From assembly GCA_036399775.1 (NCBI GenBank), contig DASWMJ010000002.1, forward strand, positions 1,123 through 65,122: a stretch of 64,000 nt of DNA, given 5' to 3'. The position numbers were made by a program, and so were the translations under genes. The notes beneath the pieces are model-generated. The model was not told the DNA's origin. It searched no databases and was given only the letters and a program-made list of their open reading frames with translations. The stretch is from Chloroflexia bacterium. Lineage in GTDB: Bacteria > Chloroflexota > Chloroflexia > QHBQ01 > JADMIH01. Shown piece after piece: positions 56,580 through 64,000 of the stretch. Numbering within the stretch: position 1 is the stretch's first letter; each line of letters begins with the position of its first letter.

Positions 56580-57450
56580 CCTTGGCGCAGGCGAGAGCCA
56601 GCCGGTCTACGTGGTCGGGGACGTGCATGGGGAGTACGATAAGCTAGTAGGGCTGCTGCAAAATGCCGCTCTCATTGGCGATGACCTGGCATGGACGGGC
56701 GGCAACATAATCTTGTGGCTCATGGGCGATTTGTTCGACCGAGGGCCGGGAGGCATCGCTACGGTTGACCTCGTGATGCGCCTGCAACGGGAGGCCCCCG
56801 GCATGGGCGGGCGGGTTTCTTCCCTGCTGGGCAACCACGATATGTTGATAATGGCGGCGCGGGACTTCGGTGATACACCCATCGCCTATTCAGGCATGAC
56901 CTTCCGCTCGGTCTGGCAGATAAACGGCGGGCATGACGCGGATATGGAAGGTCTTACACCTGAGCATATCGCCTGGCTCAAGTCGCTGCCCGCGATGGCA
57001 CTCGAAGGCGACAGGCTTCTCTTGCATGCCGACGGGAGCACCTACACAAGCTATGGCTCTTCGATAGAGGAGGTAAGTGGAGCTATCCGGGCCGTAATGC
57101 ACAACGACAGCCATGACGCCTGGGTAAAGCTAGAGAAGGACTTCGCCCAGCGATATGCGTTTTATGGCCGTGACAAAGATAACCCTGAACGAGCGTCCGA
57201 GGAGGGGCAGTCGCTGGCCGCACAATTTCTGCAACAGTACGGCGGTAGGCAGTTGATACACGGTCACACCCTCATAAGCGATATGACCAGGCAAAAGCCG
57301 GAAGAAGTCACCGAGCCGCTGGTCTACGCGGGCGGCTTATGCGTTAACGTGGATGGGGGCATGTGTGAGGGGGGGCCGGGGTTCGTCTATCGCCTGCCGC
57401 CACTCAGCCCGTCGTACCCATATGAAAGTGCAACCGAGGGGTCATTATGA
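56572..57450 (+). CDS. calcineurin-like metallophosphoesterase
   Basis: GDVHGEYDKL, GDLFDRGP and GNHD motifs. Confidence 0.75.
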   Translation: MNNLGAGESQPVYVVGDVHGEYDKLVGLLQNAALIGDDLAWTGGNIILWLMGDLFDRGPGGIATVDLVMRLQREAPGMGGRVSSLLGNHDMLIMAARDFGDTPIAYSGMTFRSVWQINGGHDADMEGLTPEHIAWLKSLPAMALEGDRLLLHADGSTYTSYGSSIEEVSGAIRAVMHNDSHDAWVKLEKDFAQRYAFYGRDKDNPERASEEGQSLAAQFLQQYGGRQLIHGHTLISDMTRQKPEEVTEPLVYAGGLCVNVDGGMCEGGPGFVYRLPPLSPSYPYESATEGSL

Positions 57451-57809
57451 CAGGCCGCCTTACCACCCACGTCCTCGATACCGCCCAGGGCCGCCCCGCC
57501 GCTAACATGGAGATTGAGCTTTGGCGGTTAGGCGCAGGAAATGGCGGGAGAACGCTGGTGAAAAGCGTCAGGACCAACGCAGGTGGCCGTACTGACGAGC
57601 TTTTGCTTGCAGGTGACGAGCTACAAGCAGATACGTATGAGCTGGTCTTCATGGTGGGTGACTATTTCGCGGGGCAAGGCATCGTCACCCCCACGCCTCG
57701 CTTCCTGGATCGCGTTCCGGTCCGCTTCGGCATATCCGACCCCAACGCCCACTACCACGTCCCCCTGCTAACCTCCCCCTGGTCGTACAGCACCTACCGG
57801 GGAAGCTGA
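57447..57809 (+). CDS. uraH: 5-hydroxyisourate hydrolase (transthyretin-like)
   Basis: HVLDTAQGRPA start and the signature C-terminal YRGS tetrapeptide. Confidence 0.85.
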   Translation: MTGRLTTHVLDTAQGRPAANMEIELWRLGAGNGGRTLVKSVRTNAGGRTDELLLAGDELQADTYELVFMVGDYFAGQGIVTPTPRFLDRVPVRFGISDPNAHYHVPLLTSPWSYSTYRGS

Positions 57810-57832
57810 CCCATGCCCAACCAACACCCTTT

Positions 57833-57856
57833 ACGCAATACGCAACACGCAATACG
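57833..57856. promoter_or_regulatory. direct-repeat motif ACGCAATACG-CAAC-ACGCAATACG immediately upstream of allC ATG (candidate operator)
   Basis: Two perfect 10-mers 4 nt apart, 5 nt before ATG 57861. Paralogous to 55602-55624. Confidence 0.4.
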
Positions 57857-57860
57857 GGTC

Positions 57861-59195
57861 ATGCAACGCGCAGATATCCTGGGCAGCATCAGCGAGGAGC
57901 CAGATCGCCTCACCCGCCGCTTCGCCACCCCCGCCATGCGCCAGGCGAACGAGCTAGCGGCAGGGTGGATGCGCGAGGCAGGCATGTCCGTCCGCCAGGA
58001 CAATATAGGCAACGTTATCGGGAGGTATGAGTGGCGAGGGGCGTGGGACCAGGGATCAGGGATCAGGGATCAGGGATCAGGGCTTTCGACAGCTCAACCT
58101 GTGGTTCCTGACCGCGCGCCCCTCGCCCCTCGTGCCTCGTCCCTGACCCCTAACCCGTGGCCCCTGGTCCCTACGTTGATAATGGGTTCGCACCTCGACA
58201 CGGTGCGCGATGCGGGGAAGTATGACGGGCCGTTGGGGGTGCTGGTTGCTATTGCTTGCGTGGAGCGTCTGCGTGAGTTGGGCGAGCGCCTGCCATTTGC
58301 TTTAGAAGTGGTGGCATTTGCGGATGAAGAGGGGTTGCGCTACCATACCGCGTACCTGGGCAGCAATGTGCTGGCGGGCAGTTTCGACCCGGCTTACCTC
58401 GACATGGCCGACGAGGATGACGTCACTGTGTCGGAGGCTATACGCGCTTTCGGCGGCAACCCTGATGCGCTCGCTCACGATAAGCGTTCCGGTGAGGACT
58501 TGCTGGGCTACTGTGAGGTGCATATCGAGCAAGGTCCCGTTTTGGAAGCGGAGGGGCTGCCCGTAGGGGTGGTTTCGGCTATATCGGGCCAGACTCGCCT
58601 GAACGTGCATTTCAACGGGGAAGCCGGGCACGCGGGCACGGTGCCAATGCGCTTACGGCGGGATGCGCTATGCGCCGCCTCCGAGTTCGTGCTGGCGGTA
58701 GAAGCGCTTGCCCGCGAACGAGAGGGGTTGGTCGCCACAGTAGGGCAGGCCAGCGTAGAGCCTGGCGCGAGTAACGTCATCCCAGGCCACGTCCAGATGA
58801 GCCTGGACGTGCGCCACATTGACGACGCTATAAGGGAACAGGCGTGCAAGCAACTCCGTGAGCAGGCAGAGCAGATCTGCGCCCGAAGGCAGGTTGCCCT
58901 GGAATGGCAGCATTTGCAGAGCAGCCGGTCCGTTAGATGCGCGTCCCATCTCGCCGGAATGCTGGCCCAGGCCGTTGAAAGGGCAGGCTACGCGCCACGA
59001 TACCTGCCAAGCGGCGCGGGGCATGACGCCGTGCCTATGTCCGGCCTTACGGACGTTGCGATGCTCTTCGTGCGCTGCAAGGGGGGCGTCAGCCACAACC
59101 CCGCCGAGTCGGTGGCTGTGGAGGATGTGGCGGTGGCTATTGAGGTGATGGGAGAATTCCTTGATGTGCTGGCGCGGGAGCAGGCGCAAGCATGA
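57861..59195 (+). CDS. allC: allantoate amidohydrolase (M20 family) carrying an in-frame repeat insertion
   Basis: MGSHLDTV...GKYDGPLG and the M20 His/Asp/Glu pattern. About 45 codons (58040-58172) are encoded by heptamer-repeat palindrome DNA. Start taken at in-frame ATG 57861. Confidence 0.7.
   Translation: MQRADILGSISEEPDRLTRRFATPAMRQANELAAGWMREAGMSVRQDNIGNVIGRYEWRGAWDQGSGIRDQGSGLSTAQPVVPDRAPLAPRASSLTPNPWPLVPTLIMGSHLDTVRDAGKYDGPLGVLVAIACVERLRELGERLPFALEVVAFADEEGLRYHTAYLGSNVLAGSFDPAYLDMADEDDVTVSEAIRAFGGNPDALAHDKRSGEDLLGYCEVHIEQGPVLEAEGLPVGVVSAISGQTRLNVHFNGEAGHAGTVPMRLRRDALCAASEFVLAVEALAREREGLVATVGQASVEPGASNVIPGHVQMSLDVRHIDDAIREQACKQLREQAEQICARRQVALEWQHLQSSRSVRCASHLAGMLAQAVERAGYAPRYLPSGAGHDAVPMSGLTDVAMLFVRCKGGVSHNPAESVAVEDVAVAIEVMGEFLDVLAREQAQA
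58046..58170. repeat. heptamer-repeat palindromic element inserted in-frame within allC
   Basis: GGACC(AGGGATC)x4AGGGC ... GTCCCTGACCCCTAACCCGTGGCCCCTGGTCCC inverted arms. Translated as WDQGSGIRDQGSGL...PNPWPLVP. Confidence 0.55.
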
Positions 59196-60547
59196 GCGTG
59201 TACGATCTCATCATCCGAAACGGACAGGTTGTTGCAGCCGGTGGCGTCACCCAGGCAGATATAGTGGTGGCGGATGGGCGCATCGCTGACATAGGACCTG
59301 CGCTTGAAGGAGCCGCCGAAGAGGAGATAGACGCGGGAGGACTGCACGTCTTCCCAGGTGTAATAGACGCCCACCTGCATTTCAACGAGCCGGGGCGCGC
59401 CGAGTGGGAGGGTTTTGCCACGGGCAGCCGCGCGCTGGCGGCTGGCGGCACCACAACCTACTTCGACATGCCTCTCAACTCGCACCCACCTACTATTGAC
59501 GCAGAGGCTTTTGACATGAAGCTAGCTGCTGCTCAGGCCCAATCCCTGGTGGATTTCGGCCTCTGGGGTGGCCTGGTGCCGGGGAACGTGGACCGTATGG
59601 AGGAGCTTGTCGAGCGTGGGGTGGTGGGCTTCAAGGCGTTCATGTCTAATAGCGGCATAGAGGACTTCCCAGCGGTAGACGACCTGGCCCTCTACGAAGG
59701 GATGGTGAAGGCCGCGAAGCTGGGGTGCATCATAGCGGTACATGCAGAGAACGATTCAATAACAAGTATGTTGGCACGCCGCGCGATATCCGAAGGCAAA
59801 CTGAGCGTGCGCGACTACCTCGATTCGCGCCCGGTGATTGCCGAGCTTGAGGCGATAATACGCGCCATCCTCTTCGCAAGGGAAACAGGCTGCGCGCTCC
59901 ATATCGTACACGTCAGCACGGGGCGCGGGGTGAGCCTGGTTGCTGCCTCCCGCTTGAGTGGCATAGACGTAAGCTGCGAGACGTGCCCACACTACCTCTC
60001 GCTGACCGAGGACGACGTGGAGCAGTTGGGCGCGGTGGCGAAGTGCGCGCCCCCCATACGCTCTCAGGGCGAACAAGAATCCTTGTGGCGACACCTGGCA
60101 GATGGTTCGCTTGAGATGGTGGCCTCCGACCACTCGCCCTCGCCGCCTGGCATGAAGGTAGGCGGCGACTTCTTCAAGATATGGGGCGGCATATCAGGCT
60201 GCCAGTCCATGCTGCAACTCCTCTTGACGGATGGCTACGTCCGGCGTAAACTACCCCTTACGACCATCGCGAGCATCACCGCCGAATACGTGTCACGTCG
60301 CTTCCATGTCGCGCCCGCCAAAGGTAGCCTCGCGGCAGGGGCCGACGCCGATGTAACCCTGGTAGACCTCGCTCACAGCGCGACCCTCCAGGCGGAAGAC
60401 CTCCTGTACCGGCACCGCCATAGCCCCTACGTGGGCAAGACCCTGCACGGGCGCATCGTGCGGACAATGGTGAGAGGCACTACGGTTTACCAGGACGGTA
60501 AAATCGTATCAGGGCCGATAGGCAGGCTGGTGAAGCCCACACGATAA
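59192..60547 (+). CDS. allB: allantoinase (cyclic amidohydrolase superfamily)
   Basis: PGVIDAHLHFNEPGR metal-binding HxH, a carboxylated-Lys region, and about 450 aa. Its context favours allantoinase over dihydropyrimidinase. Confidence 0.7.
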   Translation: MSVYDLIIRNGQVVAAGGVTQADIVVADGRIADIGPALEGAAEEEIDAGGLHVFPGVIDAHLHFNEPGRAEWEGFATGSRALAAGGTTTYFDMPLNSHPPTIDAEAFDMKLAAAQAQSLVDFGLWGGLVPGNVDRMEELVERGVVGFKAFMSNSGIEDFPAVDDLALYEGMVKAAKLGCIIAVHAENDSITSMLARRAISEGKLSVRDYLDSRPVIAELEAIIRAILFARETGCALHIVHVSTGRGVSLVAASRLSGIDVSCETCPHYLSLTEDDVEQLGAVAKCAPPIRSQGEQESLWRHLADGSLEMVASDHSPSPPGMKVGGDFFKIWGGISGCQSMLQLLLTDGYVRRKLPLTTIASITAEYVSRRFHVAPAKGSLAAGADADVTLVDLAHSATLQAEDLLYRHRHSPYVGKTLHGRIVRTMVRGTTVYQDGKIVSGPIGRLVKPTR

Positions 60548-60568
60548 GCATTCAAGAAAGACGTTGAC

Positions 60569-60937
60569 ATGCGGATAGAGAAAGCAAGCGGAGACACGGC
60601 GAAGGGCTGGTACGTAGGACCCTGGAACTCAGACCTGGGTGTCTCCATCGGCTATGCGAACGAGGGTATCAACGAGCCGCACCTGCACACCAGGATAACG
60701 GAGATATACATGGTGGCGCGCGGCACCTCGGTTATGCAAGTAGAGCGCGAGACGGTCAACCTGGCGGCAGGCGACATGATTATCGTTGAGCCAGGAGAGG
60801 CGCACACGTTCTTATCAAGCTCACCCGACTATTTCCACTTCGTAGTACACACGCCTGGATTGGCAGGTGAGGAAGCGCGGGCCGAAAAGCGTGCGCTACC
60901 GGCCTCACCCGCCCTGACTGCCGCAAAGGAGGCATGA
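60569..60937 (+). CDS. small cupin-domain protein
   Basis: Cupin motifs HLHTRITEIYMV and GEAHTF. Confidence 0.55.
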   Translation: MRIEKASGDTAKGWYVGPWNSDLGVSIGYANEGINEPHLHTRITEIYMVARGTSVMQVERETVNLAAGDMIIVEPGEAHTFLSSSPDYFHFVVHTPGLAGEEARAEKRALPASPALTAAKEA

Positions 60938-61992
60938 CGATTACCACCATCCCGATCTTCGACGGCCACAACGACGCGCTCCTGAGGATGCATCTCGCGG
61001 GCGATCCGGCGGGCGAAACCTTCTTCACGCGCAACGACAAGGGGCATATAGACCTGCCTCGCGCCCGCGAGGGTGGATTTGGCGGTGGCTTCTTTGCCAT
61101 CTTCGTGCCCGATCCTGCAACCCCCGTCCCCGATCCGCTCTTCAACACGCCCGAAAACGTCGAGTCTTACCCGCCAATCGAGCACGACTACGCACTACGT
61201 AGCGCCGTTGCAATGTCCGCGCTCCTCTTCCGCATCGAGGCAACCTCGCAGGGGGAAGTGAAGGTGGTGCGTACCGCGTCTGAGTTAGAAGGATGCCTGG
61301 AAAACGGCACGCTCGCCACCATCCTTCACTTCGAGGGAGCAGAACCTATTGACACCGGCCTGGACGCGCTTGAGATCTTCTACAAGGCAGGGCTGCGCTC
61401 GTTGGGATTGGTGTGGAGTCGCAGCAACGCCTTCGGACATGGGGTGCCGTTCCGCTTCCCACACTCGCCCGATACCGGCCCTGGCCTCACGGGCGCGGGC
61501 AAGGCGCTCGTGCAGGCGTGCAACTACTTTCACATAATGATGGACCTGTCGCATCTCAATGAGCAGGGCTTCTGGGATGTGGCCCGGCTGTCGAATGCGC
61601 CCCTCGTCGCCACCCACTCCAACGCGCACGCCATCTGCCCCTCGGCCCGCAATCTCACGGACAAGCAATTGGACGCCATCAAGGAGTCGGACGGCATGGT
61701 GGGCGTGAACTTCGCCACCGCCTTTCTACGGGAGGACGGCAAGCGCAATCCCGGTACGCCCGTTGATATAGTGGTGCGCCATATAGATTACCTTGTAGAG
61801 CGCCTGGGCGTGGATCGCGTCGGCTTCGGCTCAGACTACGATGGGGCGGTTGTACTGGACGCCCTGGGCGATGTTTCCAGGCTGCCTGTATTGATGGACA
61901 CATTACGCGCTCGCGGCTACGACGATGATACGCTACGCAAGCTGGCGCACGGGAACTGGGTGCGCGTGCTGCGTAAGACCTGGCAAGAATAG
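60934..61992 (+). CDS. membrane (renal-type) dipeptidase, M19 family
   Basis: N-terminal FDGHNDAL and a DLSHLNE-type motif typical of M19. Confidence 0.75.
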   Translation: MTITTIPIFDGHNDALLRMHLAGDPAGETFFTRNDKGHIDLPRAREGGFGGGFFAIFVPDPATPVPDPLFNTPENVESYPPIEHDYALRSAVAMSALLFRIEATSQGEVKVVRTASELEGCLENGTLATILHFEGAEPIDTGLDALEIFYKAGLRSLGLVWSRSNAFGHGVPFRFPHSPDTGPGLTGAGKALVQACNYFHIMMDLSHLNEQGFWDVARLSNAPLVATHSNAHAICPSARNLTDKQLDAIKESDGMVGVNFATAFLREDGKRNPGTPVDIVVRHIDYLVERLGVDRVGFGSDYDGAVVLDALGDVSRLPVLMDTLRARGYDDDTLRKLAHGNWVRVLRKTWQE

Positions 61993-62005
61993 AGAGGGCA
62001 CGCTG

Positions 62006-62596
62006 TTGGCGACCAAACCTACCCCGTATGACTGCCTGGAAGCGTTCGATGCCGAATCGGGCGACTTGAACGTGATAATAGAGACGCCGAAGGGGAGCCG
62101 CAACAAGTTTGACTATGAGCCGAAGCTGGGCATCTTCATGCTGGCGGGCGTGCTGCCTGCGGGCGCGGTCTTCCCCTACGATTTCGGCTTCGTGCCCGCC
62201 ACGCTAGGGGGAGACGGCGACCCCATGGACGTGCTGGTGTTGATGGACGAGCCTGCCTTCACGGGCTGCCTGGTACCCGCCCGCTTGATTGGCGTGATAG
62301 AGGCAGAGCAGACCGAGCGCGACGGCGAGACCACGCGCAACGACCGCCTGATTGCAGTCGCGGCCAGCTCGCACAACCACCAGGATGTCAACACCCTGAG
62401 CGACATCACCACCAACCTTGTTGGCGAGATAGAGCACTTCTTCATCTCGTACAACCAGGCGAAAGGCAAGGAGTTCAAACCTCTCAAACGCTCCGGCCCC
62501 ACCCGCGCCAGGCACCTTGTTGACGAGGGAATAGAGCAGGCGAAGCAACCGGACTCTCCAGGCAAAAAGGCATTAGAAAAGAGCAAAGCGAAATAG
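62006..62596 (+). CDS. ppa: inorganic pyrophosphatase (family I)
   Basis: IETPKGSRNKFDY, DGDPMDVLVL and the DDRLIAV pattern. TTG start with AGAGAGGG RBS. Confidence 0.8.
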   Translation: MATKPTPYDCLEAFDAESGDLNVIIETPKGSRNKFDYEPKLGIFMLAGVLPAGAVFPYDFGFVPATLGGDGDPMDVLVLMDEPAFTGCLVPARLIGVIEAEQTERDGETTRNDRLIAVAASSHNHQDVNTLSDITTNLVGEIEHFFISYNQAKGKEFKPLKRSGPTRARHLVDEGIEQAKQPDSPGKKALEKSKAK

Positions 62597-62612
62597 GCGA
62601 CAGGAGTTTGCG

Positions 62613-63995
62613 ATGTGGCAAACCTACTTCCAACCTACCACGATTGAGGAGGCGTTGCGCCTGCTACACGAGCACGCTGGCGGCGCGCGCATCGTGTCGG
62701 GCGGCACCGACGTGCTGGTGGAGCTTCAGCGAGGCATCAAGCTCACATCCACCCTCATAGACATCACCAACCTGCGCGACCTCAAATATGTGCGGGTGGA
62801 AGATGGCACCGTGCATATCGGAGGGCTTGCTACGCACAACGACGTGCTGGCGTCGCCGGAATGCATAGCCGCCGCGTTGCCCCTGGCGCAAGCCTGCATA
62901 GAGGTCGGCGCGCCGCAGATACGCACGCGAGGCACCATCGCGGGCAACCTGCTCACTGCCTCGCCCGCCAACGACACTATCGCCCCGCTCATGGCGCTGG
63001 GGGCCGAGGTCGTGTTGGTCAGCCAATCAGGAGAGCGCGTCGTACCCCTCGACGGCTTCTACCAGGGGGTGCGCCGCACGGCCATAGCACCGGACGAACT
63101 GCTGCGCGAGATCAGGTTCTCTGCCCTCACAGAGAATCGCAGGGGCATGTGGATGAGATTGGGGTTGCGCCGCGCCCAGGCGATCTCCGTGATCCACTTC
63201 GCTATCGTCCTTACCTTCGAGGATGAGCGGGTGAGCCATGCCAGTATTACCCTAGGCTGCGTGGCCCCCGTAATCGTGCATGCAAAAGAGGCAGAGGAGT
63301 ATTTGGTAGGCAAGAGGCTCGGCCCGGAGGTCTGCGCCGAAGCGGGAAGGCTGGTGTGCGCGGGCATCAAGCCTATCAGCGACCTACGCGGCTCCGCCCA
63401 ATATCGCCTGACGACGCTGGCCGCGCTGGTTACACAGGGATTGGAAAGCATAGCGGCGGGCACGGAGGCCGCAGGTTTCCCCGCACAACCCGTACTGCTA
63501 GATACGGGTTCCGATCCCCACAACATGGCCGAGTTCGTGGGGGTGATAGACACTACCATCAACGGCAAGCGCGTGCAGCTACCCCACGCGCAAAACAAGT
63601 CCCTCCTCAACGCGCTACGCGAGGATGCCAGGCTAACGGGCACAAAAGAGGGTTGCGCCGAGGGCGAGTGCGGGGCCTGCACGGTCTGGCTCAACGGGCA
63701 GGCGGTCATGTCGTGCCTGGTGCCCGCGCCCCAGGCCCACAACGCTATTATCACCACCATCGAGGGGCTGGAGAGCGCGGACGGCTTGCACCCACTCCAA
63801 CAATCTTTCATTTCGCACGCCGCCGTTCAATGCGGCTACTGCATCCCAGGCTTCATCATGGCCGGGGCCAAATTGCTGGAAGAAAAGCCTACCCCCACCC
63901 TGGAAGATGTGCAGGTAGGCATAAGTGGCAACATATGCAGGTGTACGGGCTACAGGAAGATATTGGACGCGATATTGGATGTGAAGCCGAATTGA
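62613..63995 (+). CDS. xanthine dehydrogenase / CO-dehydrogenase-family FAD-binding subunit fused to [2Fe-2S] subunit
   Basis: N-terminal FAD_binding_5 (ARIVSGGTDVLVE). C-terminal 150 aa has the CxxGxCGxC...C plant-type and CxxC...CRCTGY second [2Fe-2S] motifs. No stop separates them. Confidence 0.75.
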   Translation: MWQTYFQPTTIEEALRLLHEHAGGARIVSGGTDVLVELQRGIKLTSTLIDITNLRDLKYVRVEDGTVHIGGLATHNDVLASPECIAAALPLAQACIEVGAPQIRTRGTIAGNLLTASPANDTIAPLMALGAEVVLVSQSGERVVPLDGFYQGVRRTAIAPDELLREIRFSALTENRRGMWMRLGLRRAQAISVIHFAIVLTFEDERVSHASITLGCVAPVIVHAKEAEEYLVGKRLGPEVCAEAGRLVCAGIKPISDLRGSAQYRLTTLAALVTQGLESIAAGTEAAGFPAQPVLLDTGSDPHNMAEFVGVIDTTINGKRVQLPHAQNKSLLNALREDARLTGTKEGCAEGECGACTVWLNGQAVMSCLVPAPQAHNAIITTIEGLESADGLHPLQQSFISHAAVQCGYCIPGFIMAGAKLLEEKPTPTLEDVQVGISGNICRCTGYRKILDAILDVKPN

Positions 63996-64000
63996 GGAGC

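Noticed and set aside
52700-58170. Tandem heptamer repeats considered as a possible CRISPR array
   Set aside because: The unit is 7 nt with no spacers and no cas genes. The arms are inverted copies (palindromic element), not a repeat-spacer array.

Overview
High-GC bacterial window, probably Chloroflexota-like (lamin-tail-domain surface protein, tandem heptanucleotide repeat elements); the phylum call is a guess. Positions 1 to about 36.9 kb look like the right-hand part of an integrated tailed-phage prophage. Tail and structural genes sit on the + strand (1-8040), including a 1409-aa tail fibre with tandem repeats and a BNR/sialidase-like motif. A lysis cassette follows (8204-9846: two membrane proteins and an Amidase_2 endolysin), then an opposite-strand HNH endonuclease and a RusA-like resolvase. 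A long minus-strand early/replication block (14.0-33.7 kb) carries two atypical tRNA-like genes interleaved with small ORFs, many small Zn-ribbon proteins, DnaB helicase, RNase H, a DnaC-like loader and an SNF2 helicase. A lysogeny switch (RHH / XRE + ImmA) and a large serine recombinase (35292-36917) close the prophage, which appears to have integrated into a DinB/YfiT-like gene (3' fragment at 36877-37212). The remaining 27 kb is host: YcaQ/AlkZ-like glycosylase, an LTD surface protein, a membrane-anchored sulfite-oxidase-like Moco enzyme, a low-GC islet with an Abi/HEPN-like gene, a UspA-GpgS fusion, a GT4 glycosyltransferase, DUF1963 and DUF4173 proteins, a CysM-JAMM-(ThiS~MoeZ-rhodanese) sulfur-carrier cysteine operon, and a complete urate-to-ureidoglycolate catabolic cluster ending in a fused FAD/[2Fe-2S] xanthine-dehydrogenase subunit. 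Recurrent tandem-heptamer palindromic elements occur in several intergenic regions and once in-frame inside allC. The best candidates for something undescribed are the oversized tRNA-like genes with their interleaved small acidic ORF in the prophage, the in-frame heptamer-repeat insertion in allC, and a shared direct-repeat operator motif in the ureide cluster.
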